From NCBI GenBank assembly GCA_041611735.1, contig JBFIML010000045.1, positions 1 through 31,168 on the forward strand: a DNA stretch of 31,168 nucleotides, read 5' to 3'. Positions 1 through 8,314 of this stretch are shown one piece after another. The number at the start of each line of letters is the position of its first letter. Position 1 is the first letter of the stretch. This stretch comes from Myxococcota bacterium. Its GTDB lineage: Bacteria; Myxococcota_A; UBA9160; PR03. The position numbers were made by a program, and so were the translations under genes. Under the pieces are notes generated by a model. It had not been told where the DNA came from. It saw nothing but the letters and a program-made list of their open reading frames with translations, and did not search any database.

Positions 1-441
1 CCGCACCGGTCCGTTGCCGCCGGTGGCCAGGTCGGTGTTCACCTGGACGGCGGTCACCAGGTTCGGGTTGGTGAGGTCCACGCTCGGATCGAAGGTCCGC
101 GTGGCCAGGATCCAGTTCCCGAAGGTGATGTTCGCGGGCGGCACGTTGACGGTCTTCTGGTCCGCGTCGTTCGCATTGGCGTAGCTCTGGACGGCCGCCG
201 TGGCAGCGCCCAGGGTCACGCTCTGGGTGGTCGGGTCGTACAGGTTGGCGGCGCCGGCCAGGGCCGCCGAGTCGTTGGAGGCCTGCAGCTCCGTGCGAGC
301 GGCCCACACGTGCCCGACGTCGGTGGCGAGCGCGGCCACGGCCAGCATGCCGAGCATGCCCACCACCATCAGCATGAGCACCGTGCCCTGCTGGCGCCTG
401 CTTCGATGCAGCTCCGCTTGTCGTCCGGTTTCCGGCTTCAT
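1..441 (-). CDS. TadG-like Flp pilus assembly protein (N-terminal part; runs off the window edge)
   Basis: Not in the ORF track; manual translation from ATG 441 gives MKPETGRQAELHRSRRQQGTVLMLMVVGMLGMLAVAALATDVGHVWAARTELQASNDSAALAGA..., the Tad N-terminal pattern (G-hydrophobic helix-D-x-G...LQ-x-x-x-D-x-AALAGA), open to position 1; lies downstream of cpaC in the tad operon. Confidence 0.85.
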   Translation of the reverse strand, partial: MKPETGRQAELHRSRRQQGTVLMLMVVGMLGMLAVAALATDVGHVWAARTELQASNDSAALAGAANLYDPTTQSVTLGAATAAVQSYANANDADQKTVNVPPANITFGNWILATRTFDPSVDLTNPNLVTAVQVNTDLATGGNGPVR

Positions 442-479
442 GACGGGACCTTTCGTTTGCCTCGCCCCCCGCTTGGAAC

Positions 480-767
480 CTACTCCTGGCCGATCACGAC
501 CACCGGCCTGGCCTGCTCGGTCTGCCCCTTCTGCTGGCCCTCGTAGTAGCGCCGGGCCACCCGCTCCGCCGAGCCCGGGTCGAGTCCCACGGGGCCCGTG
601 CCCCAGGGCGGCGCATCCGGGTTCGCGATCATGGCCTCCACGTTGGCGCGCTGGGCGCTGCCCCAGTACTCGTCCACCAGGGAGTGGTGCTGCCACGACT
701 GGCAGCCCCCGACCAGGAGCGCACCGGCGCCCAGGAACAACAGCGAGAACAGGGTCGTGCGATTCAC
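480..767 (-). CDS. Small pilus-associated lipoprotein (possible secretin pilotin/accessory)
   Basis: Signal peptide ending in lipobox-like LVGGC; GTG start overlaps the secretin stop (GTGA, 764-767). Confidence 0.7.
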   Translation of the reverse strand: MNRTTLFSLLFLGAGALLVGGCQSWQHHSLVDEYWGSAQRANVEAMIANPDAPPWGTGPVGLDPGSAERVARRYYEGQQKGQTEQARPVVVIGQE

Positions 768-2362
768 GGCGTGCTCCTCTCCACCTCCGCCGGGACGCGG
801 TGCCCGGCGGGGCCGATCAGCCCTCCCGCCGCCCCGGAGCCAGCGGCGCCGGCCAGGCCCCGCTGCGACTCGAGGGCGCCCAGGAGATAGAACTCGAAAT
901 CGTTCGGCTCGATGAAGCTGTCCGTCGGCAGCGGGTGCGGGCCGGGCGGCAGGGGCTTCACGAGCCGCGGCGTCACGATCAGGACCAGCTCCGTCTCGTC
1001 CTTCTGGAACTGGGAGCTGCGGAACAGCGCCCCGAGGATCGGGATGTCGCCCAGCAGCGGGTACTTCTTGATCGACTCGCGCACCCGCTCGTCGAGCAGA
1101 CCCGCGATGGCGAAGCTCTGCCCGTCGCCGAGCTCCACGGCCGTGGAGGCCCGGCGGGTGATGAAGCCCGGTGTCGTCTGCCCGCCGACGGAGATGCCGA
1201 GGGTGAAGTCCGGCTCGCTCACCTCCGGCGCCACCTGCAGGTGGATGCGGTCCGGGCCGAGCACCGTGGGGGTGAACTGGACCCCCACGCCGAACTGCTT
1301 GAACTCGATGGTGATGGAGCCGAAGGCGCCGCCCTGGGACACGGGGATCGGCACCTCGCCGCCGGCCAGGAAGCTGGCCGCCTGGCCGCTGCGCGCCAGG
1401 AGCGTCGGCTGGGCCAGGATCTTGGCCAGGCCGTCCTCGTTGAAGACCTCGAACAGAGCCGTCAGGGCGAAGTCCTCGTCCACGAACTGGCCGATCAGGC
1501 CGACACGGTCCGTCAAGAGCAGCGCTTGCGCGGTGCTCAGGTCCTCGTCCAGCCGGGCCAGGCTGTCGAGGAAGTTGAAGAACTGGAAGGTCTGGTCCCC
1601 GCTCTGGATCGCCGTGGCCAGGTTCGAGGTGAGGCGTCGCGTCGCGTTGCGGGACATCTCGGCGATGATCACCTCGATCATCACCTGCTGGTTGCCGCCC
1701 ACCTCGAGCATGTTCACCACCCGCTTCTCGGCGTCCTTCTCGAAGTAGGCGCTGGCCATGGCCACGGCCCGCTCGGCGGCCACGGGGCTGGGAACCGTGC
1801 CGCGCAGCACCACCGCCGGGCCGGCGCCCTCCACGTGGATCTCCTCCACCCCGAGGGCACGGCGCAGCTGACGCTCCATCTTGGCGTGGGAGGTGCCCAC
1901 GTGGACGTCGATGGCGGCCTGGGGCTCGCCCTGGGCGTCCCAGATCACGATGTTGGTGTCGCCGACCTGGGTGGGCACCAGCTGGAGCTCGCGGGGGCTC
2001 AGCACCACCACCTCGAGCACCTTGGGATCGCCCACCGAGACCCGCTTCACGGCGTAGCTCGTCCGCACCCGCACCGACTTGCCGCGCTCCAGCTCGAGCG
2101 TGCGCAGCACGTCCTCGTCCTGCGAGACCGGGACGAGCTCGATGGTGGCGCGCCCGGGCGAGGGCACGAGCTCGCGGACGGGCGATCGCGCCGCCACCAC
2201 GAGCGGAGCCTGCTCCGCCAGGGCCTGGGCCCGGGCTTCGGTCCCGGGCAGGTTTCCGAGGGCCACAAGGCCCAGGAGTACGACCGCCGCGGCCCCCCGC
2301 AGCGCCGGTCGCGTCCCCGTTGCGATTCGATTCACCGGCAGATGGTGCATGCCTCTCTCCAT
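764..2362 (-). CDS. cpaC: Tad pilus secretin CpaC/RcpA
   Basis: N-terminal pilus-formation domain (RVSVGDPKV...GDTNIVIWD), BON-like segment, secretin core QQVMIEVIIAEM, FLAGGEVPIP, EFKQFGV, LGDIPILGALFRS...ETELVLIVTP. Start could be 2350. Confidence 0.93.
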   Translation of the reverse strand: MERGMHHLPVNRIATGTRPALRGAAAVVLLGLVALGNLPGTEARAQALAEQAPLVVAARSPVRELVPSPGRATIELVPVSQDEDVLRTLELERGKSVRVRTSYAVKRVSVGDPKVLEVVVLSPRELQLVPTQVGDTNIVIWDAQGEPQAAIDVHVGTSHAKMERQLRRALGVEEIHVEGAGPAVVLRGTVPSPVAAERAVAMASAYFEKDAEKRVVNMLEVGGNQQVMIEVIIAEMSRNATRRLTSNLATAIQSGDQTFQFFNFLDSLARLDEDLSTAQALLLTDRVGLIGQFVDEDFALTALFEVFNEDGLAKILAQPTLLARSGQAASFLAGGEVPIPVSQGGAFGSITIEFKQFGVGVQFTPTVLGPDRIHLQVAPEVSEPDFTLGISVGGQTTPGFITRRASTAVELGDGQSFAIAGLLDERVRESIKKYPLLGDIPILGALFRSSQFQKDETELVLIVTPRLVKPLPPGPHPLPTDSFIEPNDFEFYLLGALESQRGLAGAAGSGAAGGLIGPAGHRVPAEVERSTP

Positions 2363-2396
2363 GTTCGCATCAGCCAGAAGACGTTTCTGCTGCTGC

Positions 2397-3203
2397 TTAG
2401 AAGGACTTGACCTGGACGTCCGACCCCTTGATCACCTGCACGTCCACGGTGGCCCGGGCCACGCGGCTCTGGGGCGCCGGGCGCTTGCGGTGGCCGAGCA
2501 GGTCCACCACGCCCACCGCCAGGGTCTCCACGGTCTCCGTGTCGGCCGGGTTGCGCAGCGCCAGCTGCAGGTTCCCTTCGTGGGCGGCGTAGGTGAGCTT
2601 CTCCGCCTGCTCCGGATCGACCTCGAGCGTCACCACGTTGACGAGCTCCGGCTCGCCTTCGCGGGCGCGCTCGAGCTTCTGGTCCACCGCGAGGACGCGC
2701 ACGTCCTGGAGGATGGCCTTCGTGTAGGGCAGGGCCTTCTCCTGATCGACCCGGCGCAGGGTGGCGAGCACGTCGACCCGCGCGCCCGGCTTCACGAAGC
2801 CGGCCACCCCGATCACCGCGTCCACCTTGACGGAGAGGGCGCGGTGGTTGGGGGAGATCACGGCCGGCAGGCCGCCCTGGGCGCCTTGCTCGAGGAGCGC
2901 GGTCTCCAGCACCGGCTCCCCGGCCTGGAGCGGCCGCTTGAGCACGCGTCCCTCCGCCTGCTCGAGGCTGCGGTAGGCACCGCCCGGTACGAAGGCCGCC
3001 GGCCAGGCGACGGTGTCGAGCTGGCGGCTGTTCAGCTGCGCGGCGATGGGCAGGTCCACCCGCGCCACCACCACCTGGGCCATCTCGACGGAACCGGGTG
3101 CCTCGGGGGTCTGGCTGGACAGCCAGCGCTCCGCCCCGAGGGCCGCCACGACGCCGAGCAGGATGGCCAGCCCGAGGAAGAGCAGTCCACGTCGGTTCTG
3201 CAT
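2397..3203 (-). CDS. cpaB: Flp pilus assembly protein CpaB/RcpC
   Basis: N-terminal TM, SAF-like domain (VVVARVDLP...GEPV), GVAGFVKPGARVDVL, ILQDVRVLAVDQ, VTLEVDPEQAEKL, LQLALRNP. Confidence 0.93.
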   Translation of the reverse strand: MQNRRGLLFLGLAILLGVVAALGAERWLSSQTPEAPGSVEMAQVVVARVDLPIAAQLNSRQLDTVAWPAAFVPGGAYRSLEQAEGRVLKRPLQAGEPVLETALLEQGAQGGLPAVISPNHRALSVKVDAVIGVAGFVKPGARVDVLATLRRVDQEKALPYTKAILQDVRVLAVDQKLERAREGEPELVNVVTLEVDPEQAEKLTYAAHEGNLQLALRNPADTETVETLAVGVVDLLGHRKRPAPQSRVARATVDVQVIKGSDVQVKSF

Positions 3204-3245
3204 GATTCGCTTCTCCCCTCCGGATCCGTTGGGTTGGGATCCGGC

Positions 3246-3689
3246 CTACTCGTTGCGCATGGTCGAGGTCCCCACGAGCGTGATGCTCGAGGAGATCCCG
3301 GCGAGGCCCGGCAGGGCCTGGAACTGATACGGGGCGGTGGCCTGCACCTGCAGACCCTGCCCGCGCACGCACTCCAAGTTGTTGGTGGTGACGCTCACTG
3401 TAGCGGAGACCACCGAGGATGCGTAGCTCTGCACCGTGTTCGTGATGGCGGTCCGGACGTTGGCCGCGTTGCAGGGCGCGCGGAAGACGACGCCCACGCG
3501 CGCTCCCTCGCGAGCCGCATTGGAGAGCGTCTGCCACTGGGCGAACGCAATCCCGAACTCGGCGATCCCGAACAAGAGCAGCAGCAGGATCGGGGCCACG
3601 ATGGCCATCTCGACCATGGACGTTCCCCGTTCGCTGCGGCGTCGCCGCGCGCTGCGGCGGCAGGCCGTATCGGTGCTGTTCAAGCCCAT
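3246..3689 (-). CDS. tadE: TadE/TadG-family pseudopilin
   Basis: ERG|TSMVEMAIVAPILLLLLFGIAEFG...LSNAAREGAR signature; ATG 3689 overlaps the end of the peptidase gene. Confidence 0.88.
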   Translation of the reverse strand: MGLNSTDTACRRSARRRRSERGTSMVEMAIVAPILLLLLFGIAEFGIAFAQWQTLSNAAREGARVGVVFRAPCNAANVRTAITNTVQSYASSVVSATVSVTTNNLECVRGQGLQVQATAPYQFQALPGLAGISSSITLVGTSTMRNE

Positions 3690-4363
3690 GGGCTCCCCCA
3701 CAGTTGGTAGGTGCCGATCGCCAGCCCCAGGGTGACGGCGAAGGGGATGCCCCCGGCGGCCACGGACCCGGGCACCGGAGGCAGCCGGGTGAGGCGCCGG
3801 TTGGCGAGGGTCAGGACCAGGCTCCCCCACCAGCGCGCCAGGAGGTCCGGGAGGCCGCCGCGGACCGCCAGCCAGGCGAGGGCCACCACGCCCCCCCACA
3901 GCATCGCCCAGGTGAGCACCGGAACCAGGACCCCCGGGCCCCAGAGCGCCCCGAGGACCATGACGGCCTTCACGTCGCCGGCGCCGAACCAGCCCCTGGA
4001 GTAGGGAAGAACCAGGATCGCCAGGGCGCAGACCGCCCCGAGCAGCGCCGTGGCGAGGCCCGCCGCCCCGCCCCCGAGGGCCCCGTGCACGAGGGCCAGG
4101 CCGAAGGCCGGAAATGTGAGCCAGTTGGGAATGCGCCGCTCGCGCACGTCGCGCTCTACGGCGAGAAAGACGAAGGCCGCTGCCCACCCGAAGGCGGGCA
4201 GCGGCGCTTGACCTGCCGTGGCGATGACGCCTGCGCCCACCAGCGCGGCCGTACCGAGCGCGGCCGCCTGGCTGCGTACGTGCCCCGTGCTCAGCCTCCC
4301 CGGCTTCTGGCTCCGGGGCGCTGTTGCGCGGGGCTCGGACGGACTGAGCGCAAGCGTCTGCAT
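3680..4363 (-). CDS. cpaA: Prepilin peptidase CpaA/TadV (peptidase A24)
   Basis: Hydrophobic protein with D-x-R-x-R-R-I-P-N (ERDVRERRIPNWLT), GAGDVK and a C-terminal IPFAV motif; ATG 4363 follows the flp stop. Confidence 0.88.
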   Translation of the reverse strand: MQTLALSPSEPRATAPRSQKPGRLSTGHVRSQAAALGTAALVGAGVIATAGQAPLPAFGWAAAFVFLAVERDVRERRIPNWLTFPAFGLALVHGALGGGAAGLATALLGAVCALAILVLPYSRGWFGAGDVKAVMVLGALWGPGVLVPVLTWAMLWGGVVALAWLAVRGGLPDLLARWWGSLVLTLANRRLTRLPPVPGSVAAGGIPFAVTLGLAIGTYQLWGSPWA

Positions 4364-4373
4364 CCTTCTCTTC

Positions 4374-4559
4374 TTAGGAGCCGCCGCCGCCGCCGGCCGG
4401 GATCTGGGTCGCGATGCTCTGCATCGCCGCGCTGGTGTTCTGCCCGAGGAGCTGGAAGGCGGCAATCGCCGCAATCACCACTGCGGTGCCCACGACGGCC
4501 CACTCGACCGTCTCGAGGCCCTGCTCCTCACGCACGAACTGCTTGATTCCGTTCCACAT
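4374..4559 (-). CDS. flp: Flp family type IVb/IVc pilin
   Basis: 61 aa; leader ...FVREEQG|LETVEW followed by a hydrophobic helix; strong SD (GGAGG/GAGG) upstream; first gene of the tad operon. Confidence 0.9.
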   Translation of the reverse strand: MWNGIKQFVREEQGLETVEWAVVGTAVVIAAIAAFQLLGQNTSAAMQSIATQIPAGGGGGS

Positions 4560-4756
4560 GTTCCTCTTCCTCCAGACCTTTGCGCGAGGGGGCGCAAGCC
4601 TGGGTCGCTTGCCTCTGCAAACGACGTCTCACGCCCCATTCTACACTCCTCGAACGTGCCCCTGTGGCACATCGAGGTGACGCCCCAGCCCGCCCGCATG
4701 TTGGGAATCGACCGCGATCCCCTTCGATGGGGGGGGGCTGGGGTATCGCAGCAGCG

Positions 4757-4785
4757 ATCTTCTTAAGAATCGAGCCTTGTGTCAA
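4757..4785 (-). promoter_or_regulatory. Putative sigma70-type promoter of the flp/tad operon
   Basis: TTGACA (4785-4780), 17-nt spacer, GAAGAT (4762-4757) in an AT-rich patch; the -10 match is weak. Confidence 0.4.
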
Positions 4786-5077
4786 GTTAGTATGCAAAGA
4801 TGTCAAGAATTAATTACCTCGGCAGGCCAGTCGGTTCCTGCGGGGCGTCCCTCCCGCGGTCTGCTAGGCCCGGGACGGACGGGGAGAAGCCCTGATCGAA
4901 TCGACGGATCCAGAGTCGCTTGCCGGTTCTCCGCGGGGCCAGCCGAGACGTCGGACTGGGGGGAGGTTCCCGCGAAGTGGGCGCTCTGGCCCGTAACGGA
5001 GGCCGGCCGGGGTGCCACGTCTATACTGAGCCTTGGCGCCAGGGGGCGCGGCCGAGCCCACCGGGAGAGCGAACGGC

Positions 5078-5989
5078 GTGCGACAGCTCCTAGGCAGCCT
5101 CGAGGCCTTCCTCGTCGCATCCCAGAACCCGGACGGGGGCTGGGGAGGCCGGCGCGGGCAGACGAGCAACGCGGAGGCCACCGCCCTCGCCCTGGTCGCC
5201 CTCCGGCAGCTTCCTGCCCCGGACCAGGCGCAGCGTCTGGCCCGGGGCGTCGACTGGCTCGAGCGCCGCCAGCGGCCGGACGGGGCCTGGTCCTTCGCGG
5301 AGGGGCTGGACGAAGGCACCTGGGCCACGCCCCTCGTCTGCCTGGCCCTGCTGGACCTGGAGCGGAGCCCGGAGCGCATCCGCCGCGGCGCCCGCTGGCT
5401 GCTGGCCCTCGAGGGGCACCGCATGTCCTGGTGGCAGCGGCTGCTGCTGCGGCTCCTGCCCGAGGAACGCAAGGTTCAGGTGAGTCACGAGCTGGTGGGC
5501 TGGCCCTGGCGCCGGGGAAGCTTCAGCTGGGTGGAGCCGACGGCCTTCGCCGTCCTCCTGCTCAAGAAGCTGTCGGGCACGCTCGATGCAGGCGACGCCA
5601 CCGCGCGCATCCGCCAGGGAGAGCTCCTGCTCGCCGATCGCATGTGCGAGGGCGGCGGCTGGAACTACGGCAACCGGCGCGTGCTCGGCGAGATCCTGCA
5701 GCCGTATCCCGAGGTGACCGCGGTGGCGCTGCTGGCGCTCCAGGACCGCGCCGCCGACCCCGACGTGGCGCGCAGCCTCGAGCGGCTCCAGGCCATGCTG
5801 GCCGAGAGCGCGTCGGGTCTGAGCCTGGGCTGGTCGATGCTGTGTCTGTCCCTCCACGGGCGCGAGGCGGCGCGCTGGCGCGAGCTGCTGAGCGCGCGCT
5901 GGGAGCAGACCGGCTTCCTGGGCGAGACGCGCAGCGTCGCCCTGGCCGCCCTCGCCTGGACCGACGCCACTGCATGGCTGCGGGTGTGA
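5078..5989 (+). CDS. Prenyltransferase/squalene-cyclase (QW) repeat-containing protein
   Basis: Repeats QNPDGGW, QRPDGAW and MCEGGGWNYGN separated by amphipathic helices (alpha/alpha barrel); no DxDD cyclase motif. GTG 5078 has an upstream GGGAGAG; TTG 5033 is an alternative start. Confidence 0.8.
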   Translation: MRQLLGSLEAFLVASQNPDGGWGGRRGQTSNAEATALALVALRQLPAPDQAQRLARGVDWLERRQRPDGAWSFAEGLDEGTWATPLVCLALLDLERSPERIRRGARWLLALEGHRMSWWQRLLLRLLPEERKVQVSHELVGWPWRRGSFSWVEPTAFAVLLLKKLSGTLDAGDATARIRQGELLLADRMCEGGGWNYGNRRVLGEILQPYPEVTAVALLALQDRAADPDVARSLERLQAMLAESASGLSLGWSMLCLSLHGREAARWRELLSARWEQTGFLGETRSVALAALAWTDATAWLRV

Positions 5990-5995
5990 GACGCG

Positions 5996-6982
5996 ATGCT
6001 GGACCGCCGCCAGTTCCTGAGACTCGGCGCAGGAGCGGGGCTGCTTCCGCTCGCCGGCTCCTGCGGGCGCGAGCCCTCCTGGCAGGCGGCCGCGTGGCGC
6101 AAGCAAGCCCGCTCGCGCGTGGCGGTGCTGGAGGCGCCGAGCTACGAGGTGGCGCTCTCGGAGCGGCTCCGCCACGGGCTGCGCCTGTTCGGCCTCGACC
6201 TGCAGGGACGCCGGGTCGTGCTCAAGCCGAACCTGGTGGAGTTCGATCCCAACAGCGTCATCAACACCCATCCGGCGGTGATCGCCGCGGCCGTGGAGGC
6301 CTTCCTGGGGCTGGGCGCCCGGGAGGTGGTGGTCGCCGAGGGGCCCGGCCACCGGCGCGACAACGAGTACATCCTCTCCAGATCGGGCCTGCTCCCGGTG
6401 CTGCGCGAGCGCCGCGTGCGCTACGTCGATCTGAACTACGACGACGTGCTTCCCCTGGCCCTGCGCAGCGACTTCACGGAGCTCGGCCGCCTCTACTTCC
6501 CGAAGACCGTGCTGGAGGCGGACCTGCTCGTCTCGATGCCGAAGCTCAAGACCCACCACTGGGCGGGCGTCACCCTCTCCATGAAGAACCTGTTCGGCGT
6601 GATCCCGGGCTCGGTCTACGGCTGGCCCAAGAACGCGCTGCACTGGGCGGGCATCGACGGGAGCATCGTGGACATCGCCAGCACGCTCCCCACGCCCCGC
6701 TTCGCCATCGTGGACGGCATCCTCGGCATGGAGGGCAACGGCCCGATCCAGGGCGATCCCCGGCGGTTGGGAGCGCTGATCCTGGGCGACGACTTCGCGG
6801 CGGTGGACGCCACCTGCGCGCGGCTGATGCGGATCGATCCGGTCCGGGTCCGCTACCTGGCGTGGGCCGGGCGCTTCCTCGGCAACGTGGAGGCGGAGCG
6901 CATCGAGCAGATCGGCGAGCGGGCCGAGGACTACCAGCAGGATTTCCGGGTCCTGCCCCAGTTCCAGGGCTTGAAGGTCTGA
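5996..6982 (+). CDS. DUF362 domain protein with Tat/lipoprotein signal
   Basis: MLDRRQFL...LAGSC signal; DUF362 motifs VVLKPNLV, THP, AEG, PKLKTH, TLSMKNLFG, DGILGMEGNGP, AVDAT. Confidence 0.85.
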   Translation: MLDRRQFLRLGAGAGLLPLAGSCGREPSWQAAAWRKQARSRVAVLEAPSYEVALSERLRHGLRLFGLDLQGRRVVLKPNLVEFDPNSVINTHPAVIAAAVEAFLGLGAREVVVAEGPGHRRDNEYILSRSGLLPVLRERRVRYVDLNYDDVLPLALRSDFTELGRLYFPKTVLEADLLVSMPKLKTHHWAGVTLSMKNLFGVIPGSVYGWPKNALHWAGIDGSIVDIASTLPTPRFAIVDGILGMEGNGPIQGDPRRLGALILGDDFAAVDATCARLMRIDPVRVRYLAWAGRFLGNVEAERIEQIGERAEDYQQDFRVLPQFQGLKV

Positions 6983-7001
6983 CCCCGATGCGGGCGCTGC
7001 C

Positions 7002-8306
7002 ATGGCCTCCGGCCGCCTGTCCCGCCTCACGGCGCCCCCCGTGCTGCGGATCTTCGCAGCCAGCCTGCTGCTGCTGAGCGTCCTCGGTCTCGCCTTCCAG
7101 TATGCGACTCACCGGGAGCGCGTCTGGCACGACGACGTGGTGGCGGGGCGCGACTTCCTGGCCTTCTACGGCGCCGGCCGCATCGTGCTGGAGGGCGAGG
7201 GAGCGCGTCTCTACGACTTCGCGCTCCAGAAGCGGGTGCAGGACGAGATCCTGGCGCCGCAGGCGTTCGACGGGCTGCTCCCCTTCGTGAACCCGGCCTC
7301 CCTGGCACCGCTCTATGCGGCTCTGGCGACGCTGCCCTACGAGGCGGCCTTCGCGCTGCACGCGGCCGGCATGGCGCTCCTGTTCCTGCTGGGCGTGCGC
7401 GTTCTGCTTGGGCAGCTTCCAGCCCTGGGGCCCCACGCAGGCACCGTGGCGCTGCTCGGCCTGGCCTGGCTTCCCATGCTGCTGGCCGTGGCCAGCGGGC
7501 AGAACGGGGCGGCCAGCTTCGCGCTCCTGGCTGTGGCCTACGCCGCGCTGCGCTCTGGCCGCGAGGCTGCGGCCGGCGTCGCCCTGGGCCTGCTGCTCTT
7601 CAAGCCGCAGTACGCGCTCCCCTTCGCCGGCCTCCTGCTCCTGCGCCGGCGCTGGCGGGCGGTGGGCGGATTCGGTGCCGTGGCCGGCCTCTCGTACCTG
7701 GCGGGAGCGCTGGCCTGCGGCTGGAGCTGGCCCCTGCGCATGTTCGAGGCCTTGCAGGGGCCGTTCCGGAGCGGCGAGCGCGTGGCCAACGGCGCCCGGC
7801 ACATCGCCCTGCCCGAGGTCCTGGACTACGGGCTCGTGCTGCGCTTCGAGGGCCATCCGGCGTCCGCGTGGCTGGCGCCCCTGGCCACCGGGTTGGCGGT
7901 TGCCGCCGTCGTGGCGGGAATCGCCCTGCTGATCTTTGCGTGGCGGCGCGCCCGGCCGGAACGGGACGACTTCGCCCTGCAATGGGCCCTGGTGGTGCCG
8001 GTGATGCTCCTGATCGGCCCCCACGCCCAGTTCTACGAGATTGCGCTCCTGCTGCTGCCGGTCCTGCTGCTGGTGGACCACCGCCTGGCCCGGGGCCGGC
8101 CCCTCGGTGGCGTGGAGCGCCTGGCCCTGGTGGCGGGGTACTTCGTCCTGCCCCTGCACCAGACCGCACCGGCCCTGGGTTTCCAGCCCCTGGTGCTGGT
8201 GCCGGCGGCCCTGGCAGCCTGGATCGGGTGGGAGCTGCGGGACCCCGCTCGGCTCCGACCGCGGCCCGATCGCCTGGACCGGGCCGCCTTGCGGGCCGGG
8301 GCCTGA
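7002..8306 (+). CDS. GT87/DUF2029-like polytopic membrane glycosyltransferase (GT-C fold)
   Basis: GRDFLAFYGAG, LYD, PFVNP, GQN, LLFKPQ and H-x-Q-F-Y-E motifs with many TM segments. Confidence 0.8.
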   Translation: MASGRLSRLTAPPVLRIFAASLLLLSVLGLAFQYATHRERVWHDDVVAGRDFLAFYGAGRIVLEGEGARLYDFALQKRVQDEILAPQAFDGLLPFVNPASLAPLYAALATLPYEAAFALHAAGMALLFLLGVRVLLGQLPALGPHAGTVALLGLAWLPMLLAVASGQNGAASFALLAVAYAALRSGREAAAGVALGLLLFKPQYALPFAGLLLLRRRWRAVGGFGAVAGLSYLAGALACGWSWPLRMFEALQGPFRSGERVANGARHIALPEVLDYGLVLRFEGHPASAWLAPLATGLAVAAVVAGIALLIFAWRRARPERDDFALQWALVVPVMLLIGPHAQFYEIALLLLPVLLLVDHRLARGRPLGGVERLALVAGYFVLPLHQTAPALGFQPLVLVPAALAAWIGWELRDPARLRPRPDRLDRAALRAGA

Positions 8307-8314
8307 GGCGCGCC

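Noticed and set aside
4560-4700. c-di-GMP-I riboswitch upstream of flp
   Set aside because: GGCAAG and CGCAAAG fragments occur, but the GNRA-loop/receptor architecture and spacing of the aptamer could not be matched by eye.
5078-5989. Squalene-hopene or other terpene cyclase
   Set aside because: About 300 aa with a single barrel and no DxDD protonation motif.
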